A stretch of DNA of 64,000 bases from a bacterium (GTDB lineage: Bacteria; Patescibacteriota; Minisyncoccia; Ryanbacterales; GWA2-47-10b): assembly GCA_027624915.1 (NCBI GenBank), contig JAQBTR010000002.1, positions 30,802 to 94,801 on the forward strand, read 5' to 3'. Both the position numbers and the translations under genes were made by a program. Under the pieces are notes generated by a model. That model was not told the DNA's origin. It saw only the letters and a list, made by a program, of their open reading frames with translations, and ran no database searches. Below, one piece after another: positions 45,849-56,590 of the stretch (position 1 is the stretch's first letter; the number at the start of each line of letters is the position of its first letter).

Positions 45849-47242
45849 TTTTTTCACGCAAACCATCAGAAGAACCAATAGATCCACAAAATCATAAGCG
45901 GATTGTATCTGATATTCGTCCTGCATACGGAAAACTTCCTACTATGGCGAAGAGAACGGCTCAACCAACAACTAAACCACGGGAAATATTTAAACGTGGC
46001 CCGCAGCCGTCTGGTCCAAAAAACCCAGTTATAAGGACTCTTCCACCTAAATTACCTCAGCAGTCTGGAAAGTTACCGCCAGTACCTCCACATAAAATAC
46101 CTAAAGTAGTATTGCCTGACGGAGGGCCGGGTTTTAAGCTTACGCGTGCTAAGGCTCTAACATTTTTAACTCCAGTCGCTATTGTTATAGTTCTTGGTGG
46201 ATACTTTTTTTGGTCATCTTCACTTACCCTTGAGATAACTCCCAAGAAGACAGCATTTGAAATTCCATCTGATCTTAAGATTGAGTTACCGGCCGAAGCA
46301 TTTACTGCTTCCGTTACAAAACGCGGAGATGGCAAGAGTCTTGAGGAGGAGAGTTTTAGTGAAAAGGCGAGCGGAATACTTCTCGTATTTAATGACTTTA
46401 ATTCGCAGTCTCAAATTTTGGTAAAAAATACTCGGTTTGAGGCTCCAAATGGATTAATATATCGCTCGATGTCTCGTATTGTTGTTCCTGGTAAAGAGGG
46501 GGACGCACCTGGCGCCACAGAGGTTACAGTTGTTGCTAGTGAACCAGGGGACAAATACAATATTGGTCTGACCGACTTTACCATTCCTGGATTTGAGGGG
46601 AGTCCTAGATTTGCAGGCTTCTTTGCACGTTCCAAAACTGAACTCGTAGGAGGGAAGGCGGGGTTTGGTAAAATTGTTGGCGCGGATGAGGCAGAAGAAC
46701 TTTTGTCTCAATTGGAATCAGAAATGACAAACGAACTTCAAGACCAGCTAAGTTCTATTGTTCCCGACTCACATATATCATTTCCGGAGAGTTATGAGCC
46801 CTCCACTGCCGTCAGGATTACTGACCCTGCCGTTGGATCACCAGCAGACGAATTTTTTGCTGAGGTAAGGGGTGAAATTAAAACACTCGGTATTGATAAA
46901 GTTACATTTAGCGAGGAGTTGGCGGAGATGCTTTTCAAGGACCAGTATGCGGCCGGCGCTTACAGGTTGCGCGAAGATGACGGAATTAGAGTTTCTGATG
47001 TCCGTATGAATTTTGACCTAGGAACCGTGAGCCTGACAATGTCAGGAAAGGCCACTTTTGAGTGGTTATTCGATCAAGGTGACCTCCAAAATAAAGTGCT
47101 GGAAGCCGAAAATCATAAGGATTTAAAGGGTGTTTTTGACTCTTACCCCGGTATTTCAAGAGTAGAGCAGACTTTCAGACCGGCACTGTTAAAAAAGATT
47201 CCTAGCAGTCCAGATAGACTTATTATTGAAATAAAGTCTTAA
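45845..47242 (+). CDS. membrane-anchored hypothetical protein with Pro-rich cytoplasmic N-terminus and large extracytoplasmic domain
   Basis: single TM helix (LTFLTPVAIVIVLGGYFFW); overlaps the upstream gene (ATGA). Confidence 0.45.
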   Translation: MIFSRKPSEEPIDPQNHKRIVSDIRPAYGKLPTMAKRTAQPTTKPREIFKRGPQPSGPKNPVIRTLPPKLPQQSGKLPPVPPHKIPKVVLPDGGPGFKLTRAKALTFLTPVAIVIVLGGYFFWSSSLTLEITPKKTAFEIPSDLKIELPAEAFTASVTKRGDGKSLEEESFSEKASGILLVFNDFNSQSQILVKNTRFEAPNGLIYRSMSRIVVPGKEGDAPGATEVTVVASEPGDKYNIGLTDFTIPGFEGSPRFAGFFARSKTELVGGKAGFGKIVGADEAEELLSQLESEMTNELQDQLSSIVPDSHISFPESYEPSTAVRITDPAVGSPADEFFAEVRGEIKTLGIDKVTFSEELAEMLFKDQYAAGAYRLREDDGIRVSDVRMNFDLGTVSLTMSGKATFEWLFDQGDLQNKVLEAENHKDLKGVFDSYPGISRVEQTFRPALLKKIPSSPDRLIIEIKS

Positions 47243-47290
47243 AATGTTGACATTTATGGATATATTCGTTACCATGCCCTACATATTCCT

Positions 47291-47521
47291 ATGCAAGACA
47301 GTAAAGGCAAAGACGACAAATCTGTAAAGGAGGGCTCAGTTTTAGAGGCCTTCAAGGGAGGTCTTTTCCGAGTTAAGATTGATGGCTCGGATGAGGAGGT
47401 TCAAGCAAACCTCGCAGGTAAAATGCGCCTTCACTATATACGCGTTCTCGTAGGAGATCGCGTGCAAGTTGAGTTCACGCCCTACGATAAAAATCGTGGA
47501 CGTATCATTCGACGACTTTGA
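47291..47521 (+). CDS. infA: translation initiation factor IF-1
   Basis: S1-like IF-1 sequence (GKMRLHYIRVLVGDRVQVEFTPYD). Confidence 0.8.
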   Translation: MQDSKGKDDKSVKEGSVLEAFKGGLFRVKIDGSDEEVQANLAGKMRLHYIRVLVGDRVQVEFTPYDKNRGRIIRRL

Positions 47522-47552
47522 TCCAGCGGACTAGTCCGTAACTATATACGTA

Positions 47553-47666
47553 ATGAAAGTACGCGCATCAGTAAAAAAAATTTGCAATCACTGCAAACTA
47601 GTAAAGCGCAATCGGCGCCTTTTTGTTATTTGTAAGGTTGCTAAGCATAAACAACGACAAGGATAA
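47553..47666 (+). CDS. rpmJ: ribosomal protein bL36 (37 aa; not in the ORF track)
   Basis: [37 protein letters not shown]. Confidence 0.8.
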   Translation: MKVRASVKKICNHCKLVKRNRRLFVICKVAKHKQRQG

Positions 47667-47671
47667 ATTTT

Positions 47672-48058
47672 ATGGTACGAATTGCGGGAGTTAACATCCC
47701 AGATGAAAAAAAAGTAAACATCTCACTAACATATGTGTACGGTATTGGTCGTACTCGTTCGGATGAGATTTTGAAGAAAGCAAACATTACATCAGAAAAG
47801 CGCGCCAAAGAACTTACACAGGATGAGATGGCACGCTTGCGCGAAATCATTGAAAGGGATTACTCAGTAGAAGGCTCATTGCGACGAGAGATCACACTTA
47901 ACGTAAAGCGTCTTAAGGACGTGAGCTCATACCGTGGTAGTCGTCATGCACGTTCACTTCCACTTCGTGGTCAACGAACAAAGACAAATTCTCGAACCCG
48001 ACGTGGTAACAAGCGAGTAACTATGGGTTCAGGACGTAAGAAACTCGATAAGAAATAA
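47672..48058 (+). CDS. rpsM: ribosomal protein uS13
   Basis: MVRIAGVNIPDEKKVNISLTYVYGIG S13 signature. Confidence 0.9.
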   Translation: MVRIAGVNIPDEKKVNISLTYVYGIGRTRSDEILKKANITSEKRAKELTQDEMARLREIIERDYSVEGSLRREITLNVKRLKDVSSYRGSRHARSLPLRGQRTKTNSRTRRGNKRVTMGSGRKKLDKK

Positions 48059-48063
48059 TTCCT

Positions 48064-48495
48064 ATGGGAAAGAAACGCATTATCAAAAAGACAGAGGCCC
48101 CACGCGAGGGAACACCAGCTTCCCGAACGCGTACTTCAAGCCGTAAAAAGCTTGCACGTGGCTTTGTGTATATCAAATCTACATACAACAACACACTCAT
48201 TACACTTACAGATGAATTTGGTAATGCATTTGCTCAGAACTCTAGTGGTGGCTCAGGGTTTTCCGGTTCAAAAAAGGGTACTCCATATGCCGCTTCCAAA
48301 GCAGCTGATCTTCTTTCAGAACGAGCACGAGATATGGGAGTTGCTGACATTGACCTACGAGTAAAAGGAACTGGACCAGGACGAGAGGCAGCACTCCGAG
48401 TATTTGGAAACAAGGGTTTTAATATTACTTCCATTAAAGACTTAACACCGATGCCTCATGGTTTTATGAAGGCTCGCAAACCTAGACGAGTATAA
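48064..48495 (+). CDS. rpsK: ribosomal protein uS11
   Basis: S11 family similarity. Confidence 0.9.
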   Translation: MGKKRIIKKTEAPREGTPASRTRTSSRKKLARGFVYIKSTYNNTLITLTDEFGNAFAQNSSGGSGFSGSKKGTPYAASKAADLLSERARDMGVADIDLRVKGTGPGREAALRVFGNKGFNITSIKDLTPMPHGFMKARKPRRV

Positions 48496-48497
48496 AT

Positions 48498-49106
48498 ATG
48501 CGAATTTCTTGTAAAAAATGTAGACGACTTGGCACAACGGTCTGTGGACGTGAGAAATGTGCTATTCGTCGTAAGCCATACCCGCCTGGCATGCAGGGAA
48601 AGAATCGACGTCGACGTCGAGATGTTTCTGAATTTGCAAAACAGCTTCGCGAAAAGCAGGTTGTTCGTCACTCGTATGGTATTTCAGAGAGGCAGTTCCG
48701 AGGTTATGTAACCAAGGCTTTGGCAGGACACGGTGGTGATGTGGCTAAGAAGTTAACCGAATCACTTGAAATGCGACTTGATAACGTTGTATTTCGTCTC
48801 GGATTTGCAAGTAGTAGGTCTGGCGCTCGACAATTGGTTGCTCACGGACACATTTCTGTTAATGGACGCAAAGTACACACACCATCTTACAAAGTGAAAG
48901 AAGGACAAAGTATTATCGTAAACGAAAATTCACGCAGTAAGGGGGTGTTTAAAAATCAAGATATCGTATTGAAGAAGCACGAAACACCACCATGGCTTTT
49001 GCTTGAGCCAGCAAAATGGGAGGGTAACGTGACCTCTTTACCAAAAGTCGAAGATATGGTACGATTATACAATATTAAATCAATTATTGAGTACTACTCT
49101 CGTTAG
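48498..49106 (+). CDS. rpsD: ribosomal protein uS4 (with N-terminal zinc-finger cysteines)
   Basis: S4 domain and CKKCRRLGTTVCGREKC. Confidence 0.9.
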   Translation: MRISCKKCRRLGTTVCGREKCAIRRKPYPPGMQGKNRRRRRDVSEFAKQLREKQVVRHSYGISERQFRGYVTKALAGHGGDVAKKLTESLEMRLDNVVFRLGFASSRSGARQLVAHGHISVNGRKVHTPSYKVKEGQSIIVNENSRSKGVFKNQDIVLKKHETPPWLLLEPAKWEGNVTSLPKVEDMVRLYNIKSIIEYYSR

Positions 49107-49135
49107 TCGGTAGTACCGAATTTTAGTGTTTCCAT

Positions 49136-50101
49136 ATGAATTACACGATACTTTTGCCATCTCGTCCCTACATAGAGCGCGAAAAAGAGAATAGCGCTGA
49201 TATTGTTATTGACGGATTGCACCCAGGGTACGGTGTCACGCTCGGTAATGCGCTACGCCGTGTATTATTCTCTTCTCTTCCGGGAGCCGCTGTAACGCGC
49301 GTTAAGATTAAGGGTGTGAACCACGAGTTCTCAACTATTCCAGGTGTTCTAGAAGACGTTCTCTTGATTCTTCTTAACATCAAACAGCTTCGTTTCCGTG
49401 TACATACAGACGGTCCAGAGGTAGTCTCATTTGAGGCAAAGGGTGAGGGAGAGATTAAGGCTAGTGATATTAAGACTTCATCAAACTTAGAAATTGTAAA
49501 CAAAAAACAACACATCGCAACAATCACAAAGAAGGGCACTGACTTTTCAGTAGAACTTACTGTTGAGCGTGGTGTTGGTTACCGATCAAAAGAAAATATT
49601 GAGACAGAACGATTGGAGGCGGGTTCTATCGTGTTAGATTCAATCTTTACTCCAATCCGAAAGGTTAGCTATCAAGTAACAAACATGCGTGTTGGTACTG
49701 ATACTAACTACAACAAGCTTACTTTTTCTATTGAGACAGATGGTTCTATATCACCTGCAGAGGCGTTTAGCCAGTCGGTTGAGGTATTGATGAGTCAGCT
49801 AGGTGAACTTAAAGAATTTGGAAAGAAAGAAGAGTATGTAGCAGAAGAACTGGCTGCAGAACGAGAAGCTCCAACAGAGGAATCAAATGGAGGTGAGGAG
49901 TATTTGAAGATTCCAATCGAGGATGTAAAATTTTCAAGTCACACACTCAATGCACTTACACGCGCAGGACTCAACACAGTTGGTGACTTGTCTGACAAAT
50001 CAGAAAAAGATCTTAAACTTATCGACGGTATCGGAGACAAGGCTGTACAAGAGATTCACCGTGAGCTTGGAAACTTCGGTATTATGTTACCCAAAGAATA
50101 A
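49136..50101 (+). CDS. rpoA: DNA-directed RNA polymerase subunit alpha
   Basis: alpha NTD and CTD similarity. Confidence 0.9.
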   Translation: MNYTILLPSRPYIEREKENSADIVIDGLHPGYGVTLGNALRRVLFSSLPGAAVTRVKIKGVNHEFSTIPGVLEDVLLILLNIKQLRFRVHTDGPEVVSFEAKGEGEIKASDIKTSSNLEIVNKKQHIATITKKGTDFSVELTVERGVGYRSKENIETERLEAGSIVLDSIFTPIRKVSYQVTNMRVGTDTNYNKLTFSIETDGSISPAEAFSQSVEVLMSQLGELKEFGKKEEYVAEELAAEREAPTEESNGGEEYLKIPIEDVKFSSHTLNALTRAGLNTVGDLSDKSEKDLKLIDGIGDKAVQEIHRELGNFGIMLPKE

Positions 50102-50103
50102 TT

Positions 50104-50454
50104 ATGCGACACCGAAATAAGGGAAGAATTTTACAGAGAAAGAAGGGGCCACGTGTAGCGTTGCTCCGCTCCCTTTTGCGTTCGCTTATTTTGCACAAGG
50201 CTATTGTGACAACGACTGCTCGTGCAAAGGAAATTCGACCTAGGGTTGAAAAGCTTGTAACACGTGCTAAAACAGGTACGCTTGCTAACCACCGTTATAT
50301 AACAGGTGAGATTGGACTTGAGGCCGCAAAGAAACTTCGTGACGATATTGCTCCAAACTCAAAAGATCGAAAAGGTGGATATACTCGGATTGTTAAGCAC
50401 GGTGTTCGTAAGTCGGACGCGGCACAGCAGTCACATATTAGCTTTGTAGATTAA
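50104..50454 (+). CDS. rplQ: ribosomal protein bL17
   Basis: L17 family similarity. Confidence 0.9.
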   Translation: MRHRNKGRILQRKKGPRVALLRSLLRSLILHKAIVTTTARAKEIRPRVEKLVTRAKTGTLANHRYITGEIGLEAAKKLRDDIAPNSKDRKGGYTRIVKHGVRKSDAAQQSHISFVD

Positions 50455-50459
50455 TTATC

Positions 50460-50822
50460 ATGTCACAAGAACCAGTAATCTTAGATGCAAGAGGAAAGTC
50501 ATTAGGACGAGTTGCTAGCGAAGCGGCTGGTATTTTACGTGGTAAGACAAATGTAAACTTTGAGTTCCACACATTACCAGAAGAACGAGTTGTTATTACA
50601 AATGCCTCACGTATTCGTGTTACTGGTTCAAAAATGAAAGACGAGAAGCATGAGCGATATTCTGGTTATCCCGGTGGATTAAAAGAGATTCCGTATGAGA
50701 GATCTTTTAAAAAAGATCCTGCAAAATTTGTAGCCAACTCTGTTGCGGGCATGATTCCACGTAACCGATTAAAAAAAGAAATTCTTAAGCACCTAACTGT
50801 ATATGCCAACAACCAAGAGTAA
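50460..50822 (+). CDS. rplM: ribosomal protein uL13
   Basis: L13 family similarity. Confidence 0.9.
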   Translation: MSQEPVILDARGKSLGRVASEAAGILRGKTNVNFEFHTLPEERVVITNASRIRVTGSKMKDEKHERYSGYPGGLKEIPYERSFKKDPAKFVANSVAGMIPRNRLKKEILKHLTVYANNQE

Positions 50823-51222
50823 AACTAAGAAAGCTGAAAAGTATATTGAGGCCGTTGGGCGACGTAAGACGTCTGTTGCTCGTGTCCGAATCACACCAAA
50901 CGGTGAGGGGATTGTTGTAAACGATAAGCCTTACAAAGAGTATTTTCCAACTGAGGCAATGCAAAAGATTGCAGAAGACGCCTTTCGTAAGACTCGTCCA
51001 GAAACACGATTTTCAGTTTCAGCTCATCTAAGCGGTGGAGGTATCCACTCACAGGTTGAGGCCTTGCGCCACGGTATTTCACGAGCACTTAACGAATTTG
51101 ATGGTGATCTTCGCCCTCCTCTAAAACGGGCAGGTTTCCTCAAACGAGACCCACGAATGAAAGAGCGTCGTAAGTTCGGCCTCAAAAAAGCCCGTCGAGC
51201 ACCACAGTGGAGTAAACGATAA
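50803..51222 (+). CDS. rpsI: ribosomal protein uS9
   Basis: S9 family with C-terminal ...KKARRAPQWSKR. Confidence 0.9.
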   Translation: MPTTKSKTKKAEKYIEAVGRRKTSVARVRITPNGEGIVVNDKPYKEYFPTEAMQKIAEDAFRKTRPETRFSVSAHLSGGGIHSQVEALRHGISRALNEFDGDLRPPLKRAGFLKRDPRMKERRKFGLKKARRAPQWSKR

Positions 51223-51231
51223 ATCAAAAAA

Positions 51232-51262
51232 ATTACCGACATTAAGTCGGTAATTTTTTTTG
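51232..51262 (+). terminator. rho-independent terminator after rpsI
   Basis: attaccgac-atta-agtcggtaat + tttttttt. Confidence 0.65.
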
Positions 51263-51303
51263 TGGACATGGTAAGAATTGAACCCATCATAAATTGGTTA
51301 TTT

Positions 51304-51334
51304 TTCAACGGCTCATTTTTGAGCCGTTGAAAAT
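51304..51334. repeat. palindromic repeated element, copy 1 (ttcaacggctca-ttttt-tgagccgttgaaaat), core of a roughly 75-nt repeat
   Basis: near-identical copy at 57712-57742; flanking similarity extends both sides. Confidence 0.7.
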
Positions 51335-51352
51335 AGCTTAAATAAGCCATAA

Positions 51353-51391
51353 TTAGCACTCTTGACATGAGAGTGCTAAATTTTATATACT
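51353..51391 (+). promoter_or_regulatory. CIRCE operator (TTAGCACTC-N9-GAGTGCTAA) overlapping a TTGACA-N18-TATACT promoter for the hrcA operon
   Basis: perfect match to the CIRCE consensus at 51353-51379, with the -35 TTGACA inside the spacer, 7 nt upstream of the hrcA ATG region. Confidence 0.85.
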
Positions 51392-51397
51392 CTAATT

Positions 51398-52051
51398 ATG
51401 ATCGATGAGCGCAAGGATCATGTACTAGAATTACTGGTCCGCGAATATATAAAAAATGCCGAACCGGTTTCTTCTGGCACGATAGCCGAGAGACTGTCAG
51501 TAAGCCCTGCGACAATACGTAATACTCTGACAGAGCTAACCGATGAAGGCTATATCGAGCAAGCACATACTTCTGGTGGCCGAATCCCAAAAGATAGAGC
51601 GTATCGATTCTTTGTAAATCGATTACTCCTTAATCAACAGGAGCGTGCAAAAGAGTCACTTAAGAAAACTATTCGAGAGGTAGAGACTCTGCAGCATATG
51701 CTAGCTCGTCACGTACATGTTCTATCGCGATTTGGTGAACTAATGCCGATAGGATTTGATGAAATGTTCGGAGAACCGGAGTTTAGGGAGCCTTCGTTTG
51801 TACGAGAGCTTGGACGGTTTCTGGATGAATTTGAACATTATCGAGCATACTATGAACAAGATCTTGAGCCCAACTCGTTTGACGTCTTGATAGGAGAAGA
51901 AAATAATATTCAGCCAATGATACATATGAGCATTGTAGTTGCGAAGGATGGGGATGGAGAGCTATTTTTTGCAGTCGGCCCAACCCGTATGCGGTATGAT
52001 AAAATTATTAACACAATGAAGTTATGGAACAAGATACCCAAGAAGAAGTAA
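51398..52051 (+). CDS. hrcA: heat-inducible transcription repressor HrcA (short form)
   Basis: N-terminal winged-helix region (EPVSSGTIAERL..SPATIRNTLTELTDEGYIEQAHTSGGRIP) typical of HrcA; 217 aa. Confidence 0.75.
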   Translation: MIDERKDHVLELLVREYIKNAEPVSSGTIAERLSVSPATIRNTLTELTDEGYIEQAHTSGGRIPKDRAYRFFVNRLLLNQQERAKESLKKTIREVETLQHMLARHVHVLSRFGELMPIGFDEMFGEPEFREPSFVRELGRFLDEFEHYRAYYEQDLEPNSFDVLIGEENNIQPMIHMSIVVAKDGDGELFFAVGPTRMRYDKIINTMKLWNKIPKKK

Positions 52052-52515
52052 ATAATGACGAGTCTGAATTTGATACATGCCAAGCTGAGCGTGACGAATA
52101 TCTAGACGGATGGAAGCGCGCTAAGGCTGACTACCTCAATCTTGAAAAGAGTTTAGAAACACGAGTAACATCAGCGAAGAATAACGCCGAGGTGAAGATA
52201 CTCAAAGATTTTCTTGAGCTAGCTGATGCTTTTGACCAAGCATTTCTGATAGACCCTCCAGATTCTCCATGGGTGGAGGGAATTAAACAGACAAGAGAGA
52301 AGTTACATGCTACTCTCGCCAAATGTGGAGTTGTTGCAATCGGGACCGATGGACAGAAATTTGACCCCAATCAACATGAGGCCGTCGAAGTAGTTGATAC
52401 AGAGGAAGAAGACAAAGACGATGACATTATTGAGGAGGTTCAAGGGGGATATGCAATAAAAGATAGAATATTACGACCAAGTCGAGTGAAGGTAGCTAAA
52501 TATAAACAAGAATAA
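52024..52515 (+). CDS. grpE: nucleotide exchange factor GrpE
   Basis: GrpE family similarity; operon context. Confidence 0.85.
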   Translation: MEQDTQEEVNNDESEFDTCQAERDEYLDGWKRAKADYLNLEKSLETRVTSAKNNAEVKILKDFLELADAFDQAFLIDPPDSPWVEGIKQTREKLHATLAKCGVVAIGTDGQKFDPNQHEAVEVVDTEEEDKDDDIIEEVQGGYAIKDRILRPSRVKVAKYKQE

Positions 52516-52533
52516 TAAATACTAGGAAATATT

Positions 52534-54459
52534 ATGGGAAAAATTTTAGGAATTGACTTAGGAACAACCAACTCAGCAATGGCTGTTGTTGAGGGAGGTT
52601 CTCCACGCATTATCGAAAACAAAGAAGGAAATCGAACCATGCCATCTATGGTTGCTGTTTCAAAATCTAACGAAAGACTCGTTGGTCTTTTGGCAAAACG
52701 CCAAGCAGTAACAAATCCAACAGGAACTATTTTTTCGGCTAAGCGTCTTATTGGACGTAAGTTCAAGGATGCAGAAGTACAACGCGACAAAGCTTTACTT
52801 CCATATGAGATAAAAGAATCTACCAATGGTGGTGTTGAAATCAAGGTGGGTGGGGAGTGGAAACGACCGGAAGAGATCTCCGCAATGATTCTTGGAAAAA
52901 TGAAGGCTGACGCCGAAGAGAAACTCGGTGGTCCCGTAACTGACGCTATTATTACTGTTCCTGCTTACTTTGACGACTCACAGCGACAAGCAACTAAGAA
53001 CGCTGGTGAAATCGCAGGATTCAATGTTAAACGAATAATTAATGAGCCTACCGCCGCTGCTTTAGCTTATGGATTTAACACGAAGAAAGATGAAAAGATT
53101 GTAGTCTATGACTTTGGTGGTGGAACATTTGATGTTTCAGTTCTTGAAATAGCAGAAGACACAATCGAGGTAAAATCTACTGGAGGTGATACTCACCTTG
53201 GAGGCGACGATTTTGATCAAAAGATCATCGAATGGATTGTAAAAGAATATAAGAGTCAATCAGCAATTGACATATCAAAAGACACACTAGCACTCCAACG
53301 ACTTAAAGAAGCTGCTGAGAAGGCAAAGCACGAGCTATCAAGCACTGTTGAGCACGAAATTAACATTCCGTTTATTACCTCAAACGCAGATGGCCCACAA
53401 CACCTTCTTTTGAAGTTGTCTCGAGCTAAGTTTGAAGAGCTTGTTGCAGAATACATAACAAAGTCTATTAAGGTGACTGAATCTGTTGTTAAGGACGCTG
53501 GTTTTACCGTAAACGATATCAATGAAGTTATCTTGGTTGGTGGGCAAACACGAATGCCAGCAATCAAAGAAGCTGTTAAGAAATTGTTTGGTAAAGAACC
53601 AAACCTTTCAATTAACCCAGACGAGGTTGTAGCATCGGGTGCTGCTGTCCAGGGTGGTATTTTGCAAGGTGACGTTAAGGACATTTTACTTTTGGACGTA
53701 ACTCCACTTTCACTTGGTTTGGAAACTCTTGGTGGTGTGTTCACAAAACTTATTGAAAAGAACACAACTATTCCAACATCAAAGAGTCAGGTGTTTTCAA
53801 CAGCGGCAGATAGCCAGCCATCAGTAGAAATTCATGTACTCCAGGGCGTTCGAGAAATGGCAACTGACAGTAAAACTCTTGGACGATTTATTCTTGACGG
53901 TATTCCACCAGCACCACGTGGTATGCCACAAGTTGAAGTCAGTTTTGACATCGATGCGAACGGTATCCTTTCGGTAAAGGCGAAAGACAAGGGGACAGGA
54001 AAGGAACAATCTGTTCGTATTGAAGCATCAAGTGGTCTTTCTAAAGAAGATATCGAAAAGATGAAAACTGATGCTGAAGCACATGCAGCAGACGACAAGA
54101 AGAAAAAAGATATGGCGGAAGCCAAAAACATGGGGGATGCTGTCATCTATACAACAGAAAAAGCTATGGCCGACGCTGGAGATAAGGTTCCACAGGAATT
54201 GAAGAACGAAATTACAAAGGCAAAAGACCCTCTACAAGAGGCTCTTAAAACAGAAGATCTAGACAAAATAAAATCTGCAACCGAAGACTATTCTAAGATT
54301 GCCCAAAAACTTGGTGAACATGTATACAAACAAGAACAGGAGGCACCAGCAAAAGCTGGTACTACAGAACAGAAGGGTGATAATCCAGCAGATAATGCCA
54401 AGGAGGTTGAACACGAGGAGATAAAAGACGATAATAAGGGTAATGAAAGCGGTTCATAA
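52534..54459 (+). CDS. dnaK: molecular chaperone DnaK (Hsp70)
   Basis: Hsp70 signatures ([18 protein letters not shown], etc.). Confidence 0.95.
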   Translation: MGKILGIDLGTTNSAMAVVEGGSPRIIENKEGNRTMPSMVAVSKSNERLVGLLAKRQAVTNPTGTIFSAKRLIGRKFKDAEVQRDKALLPYEIKESTNGGVEIKVGGEWKRPEEISAMILGKMKADAEEKLGGPVTDAIITVPAYFDDSQRQATKNAGEIAGFNVKRIINEPTAAALAYGFNTKKDEKIVVYDFGGGTFDVSVLEIAEDTIEVKSTGGDTHLGGDDFDQKIIEWIVKEYKSQSAIDISKDTLALQRLKEAAEKAKHELSSTVEHEINIPFITSNADGPQHLLLKLSRAKFEELVAEYITKSIKVTESVVKDAGFTVNDINEVILVGGQTRMPAIKEAVKKLFGKEPNLSINPDEVVASGAAVQGGILQGDVKDILLLDVTPLSLGLETLGGVFTKLIEKNTTIPTSKSQVFSTAADSQPSVEIHVLQGVREMATDSKTLGRFILDGIPPAPRGMPQVEVSFDIDANGILSVKAKDKGTGKEQSVRIEASSGLSKEDIEKMKTDAEAHAADDKKKKDMAEAKNMGDAVIYTTEKAMADAGDKVPQELKNEITKAKDPLQEALKTEDLDKIKSATEDYSKIAQKLGEHVYKQEQEAPAKAGTTEQKGDNPADNAKEVEHEEIKDDNKGNESGS

Positions 54460-55369
54460 AGAACTTGTAATTTTATCCTCACTTTTACTCTTTTCTCTCA
54501 TCTTTTGGCTGTCGCTTGCGACATTTTTGCCAACTGCTTCGCGCGACTCACTAACTCTTTTATGGAGCGCTGTAATCTCAGCATTTGTAATGATGGTATT
54601 GTGGTCTCTGATTGTAATTCTTGTTGAGAGTACGATACCGTTTCTTATCGTGTGGGCGTTATCTGCATATGTTGGTGTTATATGGTTTACCACGCCAGTG
54701 TTTATAGTTGGCGCAACCTTGCTCTTTTTGGCAGGAGTCGTTGGTTTCTATCGTACAAAATCTCAAGTACAAAAAACACTTGGTAGTGGACTCGTACGGC
54801 CCATACGGCGTGCGCTTCCTCTCATGGTGACATTTTTTGTCATTACGATTGCAATAGCTGGCTATGTTAAGGTTCCACGCAATGCACTTGTGATTAAAAA
54901 GTTAGTCCCCGAATACACATTTACAAAACTCCTCGGTTATATGCAACCAACAATCCGTGCATTTGACGGAGCATTTAAGGCTGATCGAACATTAACTGAA
55001 TACCTAAAGATAAAAACGGAGCGTGCAATTGACGCAGATATTACAGATGAACAACTTGCGATTCTTGTTGCAGAGTCCAAGGCAAGAACAGGAAAGCTTT
55101 TTTCTATAACCATCGATGAAAATGCGACATTGTCACATACAATGTATCAAGCAGGAACTGCTTTTCTTCAGAAAAAATTTGATATCTATGAGCAAATTAT
55201 TCCAATTACAATCGCTGTAAGTCTCTTCTTTACGTTACGTATCGCGGGACTTATTCTTTCTTGGCTAGCCATTATTATAGCTATCATGGCATTGCGATTA
55301 CTCCACCGATTTGCTATAGTCGAGCTGCGAGCAATTCCAGCTACAATCACCGCATATTCCTTCCCCTAG
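54443..55369 (+). CDS. hypothetical polytopic membrane protein inserted between dnaK and dnaJ
   Basis: 308-aa ORF with multiple TM helices, overlapping the dnaK stop. Confidence 0.45.
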   Translation: MKAVHKELVILSSLLLFSLIFWLSLATFLPTASRDSLTLLWSAVISAFVMMVLWSLIVILVESTIPFLIVWALSAYVGVIWFTTPVFIVGATLLFLAGVVGFYRTKSQVQKTLGSGLVRPIRRALPLMVTFFVITIAIAGYVKVPRNALVIKKLVPEYTFTKLLGYMQPTIRAFDGAFKADRTLTEYLKIKTERAIDADITDEQLAILVAESKARTGKLFSITIDENATLSHTMYQAGTAFLQKKFDIYEQIIPITIAVSLFFTLRIAGLILSWLAIIIAIMALRLLHRFAIVELRAIPATITAYSFP

Positions 55370-55495
55370 AGCTAAAACATCCTGAGTTTCGACTGCGACT
55401 TGTCAAAAAAATCCCGCCAATACCTTTGGCATTAAGCTAAGATTTTCTTGACGGCGTCTCGCACGAAATCAGAATATTTTTAATCTAAATATATT

Positions 55496-56545
55496 ATGAA
55501 AGACTATTATGACGTGCTCGGCATAGCCCGAAACGCCTCAAAAGATGAAATAAAAAAGGCATATCGTAAGCTCGCTCATCAATTCCATCCCGATAAAAAG
55601 GGTGGGGACGAAGCTAAGTTTAAAGAAGTAAACGAGGCCTACCAAATTCTTTCAGATGATGGTAAGCGAGCACAGTATGATCAATTTGGACGAACAGGAC
55701 CTAGTGCGGGACCTGGTGGTTTTGATTTTGGAAACTTTCAAGGATTTGAAGATGTCGATATGGGTGATATCTTTGAGACATTTTTTGGTGGACGAGGAGG
55801 TCAGGGTGGCAGAAAACGTCAAAAACGAGGACGTGATATTTCTATAGATATTGAGATTCCTTTCCAAGAAGCTGTATTTGGTTCGGAGCGACGTGTTTTG
55901 ATACGAAAATTTGCTACATGTGATACGTGTTCGGGTACTGGTAAGGCGGATGGAGCAAAAGAAGTTGCCTGTGAGCAGTGTCGCGGAGCAGGAACTGTTA
56001 GGGATACAAAGCAATCATTTTTTGGAACATTTACACAAGTAGTAGAATGTTCGGCGTGTGGTGGCAGAGGTAACATTCCAGATAAAAAATGTAAGCATTG
56101 TAATGGGGATGAGGTAGCTGTTAAAAGTGAAGAAATCCATGTTATTATCCCGCAGGGTATTGAAAATGGAGAAGTGATTAGAATCGCTGGCCAAGGCGAA
56201 GCAACACGAGGAGGTGAAACGGGGGATCTGTATGCAAAGGTTCATGTTCTTGCGCATTCGGTATTTAAACGCCTAGGACACGACTTAACCATGAAGTTAG
56301 ATGTTCCACTTTCAGAAGCTCTTCTTGGCGGAGAAAGAGTAATAAATACACTTGAAAATCCACTCAAGGTAAAGATTCCTCAAGGCGTCTCCGATGGAGA
56401 AGTTCTCAAAGTACGAGGGAAAGGAATACCGCGAGAAGATGGTTCTCGCGGAGATTTGCTCATTTCGGTTATAATAAAGATGCCAAAGAAACTCTCATCG
56501 AATGTGAAGGCTCTCATTGAAGAACTTAAAAAAGAAGGGTACTAG
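55496..56545 (+). CDS. dnaJ: molecular chaperone DnaJ
   Basis: J-domain (HPD), G/F region, four CxxCxGxG zinc-finger repeats. Confidence 0.9.
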   Translation: MKDYYDVLGIARNASKDEIKKAYRKLAHQFHPDKKGGDEAKFKEVNEAYQILSDDGKRAQYDQFGRTGPSAGPGGFDFGNFQGFEDVDMGDIFETFFGGRGGQGGRKRQKRGRDISIDIEIPFQEAVFGSERRVLIRKFATCDTCSGTGKADGAKEVACEQCRGAGTVRDTKQSFFGTFTQVVECSACGGRGNIPDKKCKHCNGDEVAVKSEEIHVIIPQGIENGEVIRIAGQGEATRGGETGDLYAKVHVLAHSVFKRLGHDLTMKLDVPLSEALLGGERVINTLENPLKVKIPQGVSDGEVLKVRGKGIPREDGSRGDLLISVIIKMPKKLSSNVKALIEELKKEGY

Positions 56546-56590
56546 AGTGTTGGATTTGAAAGCCATTTCCTTTGCCTCTATACTAAATAT

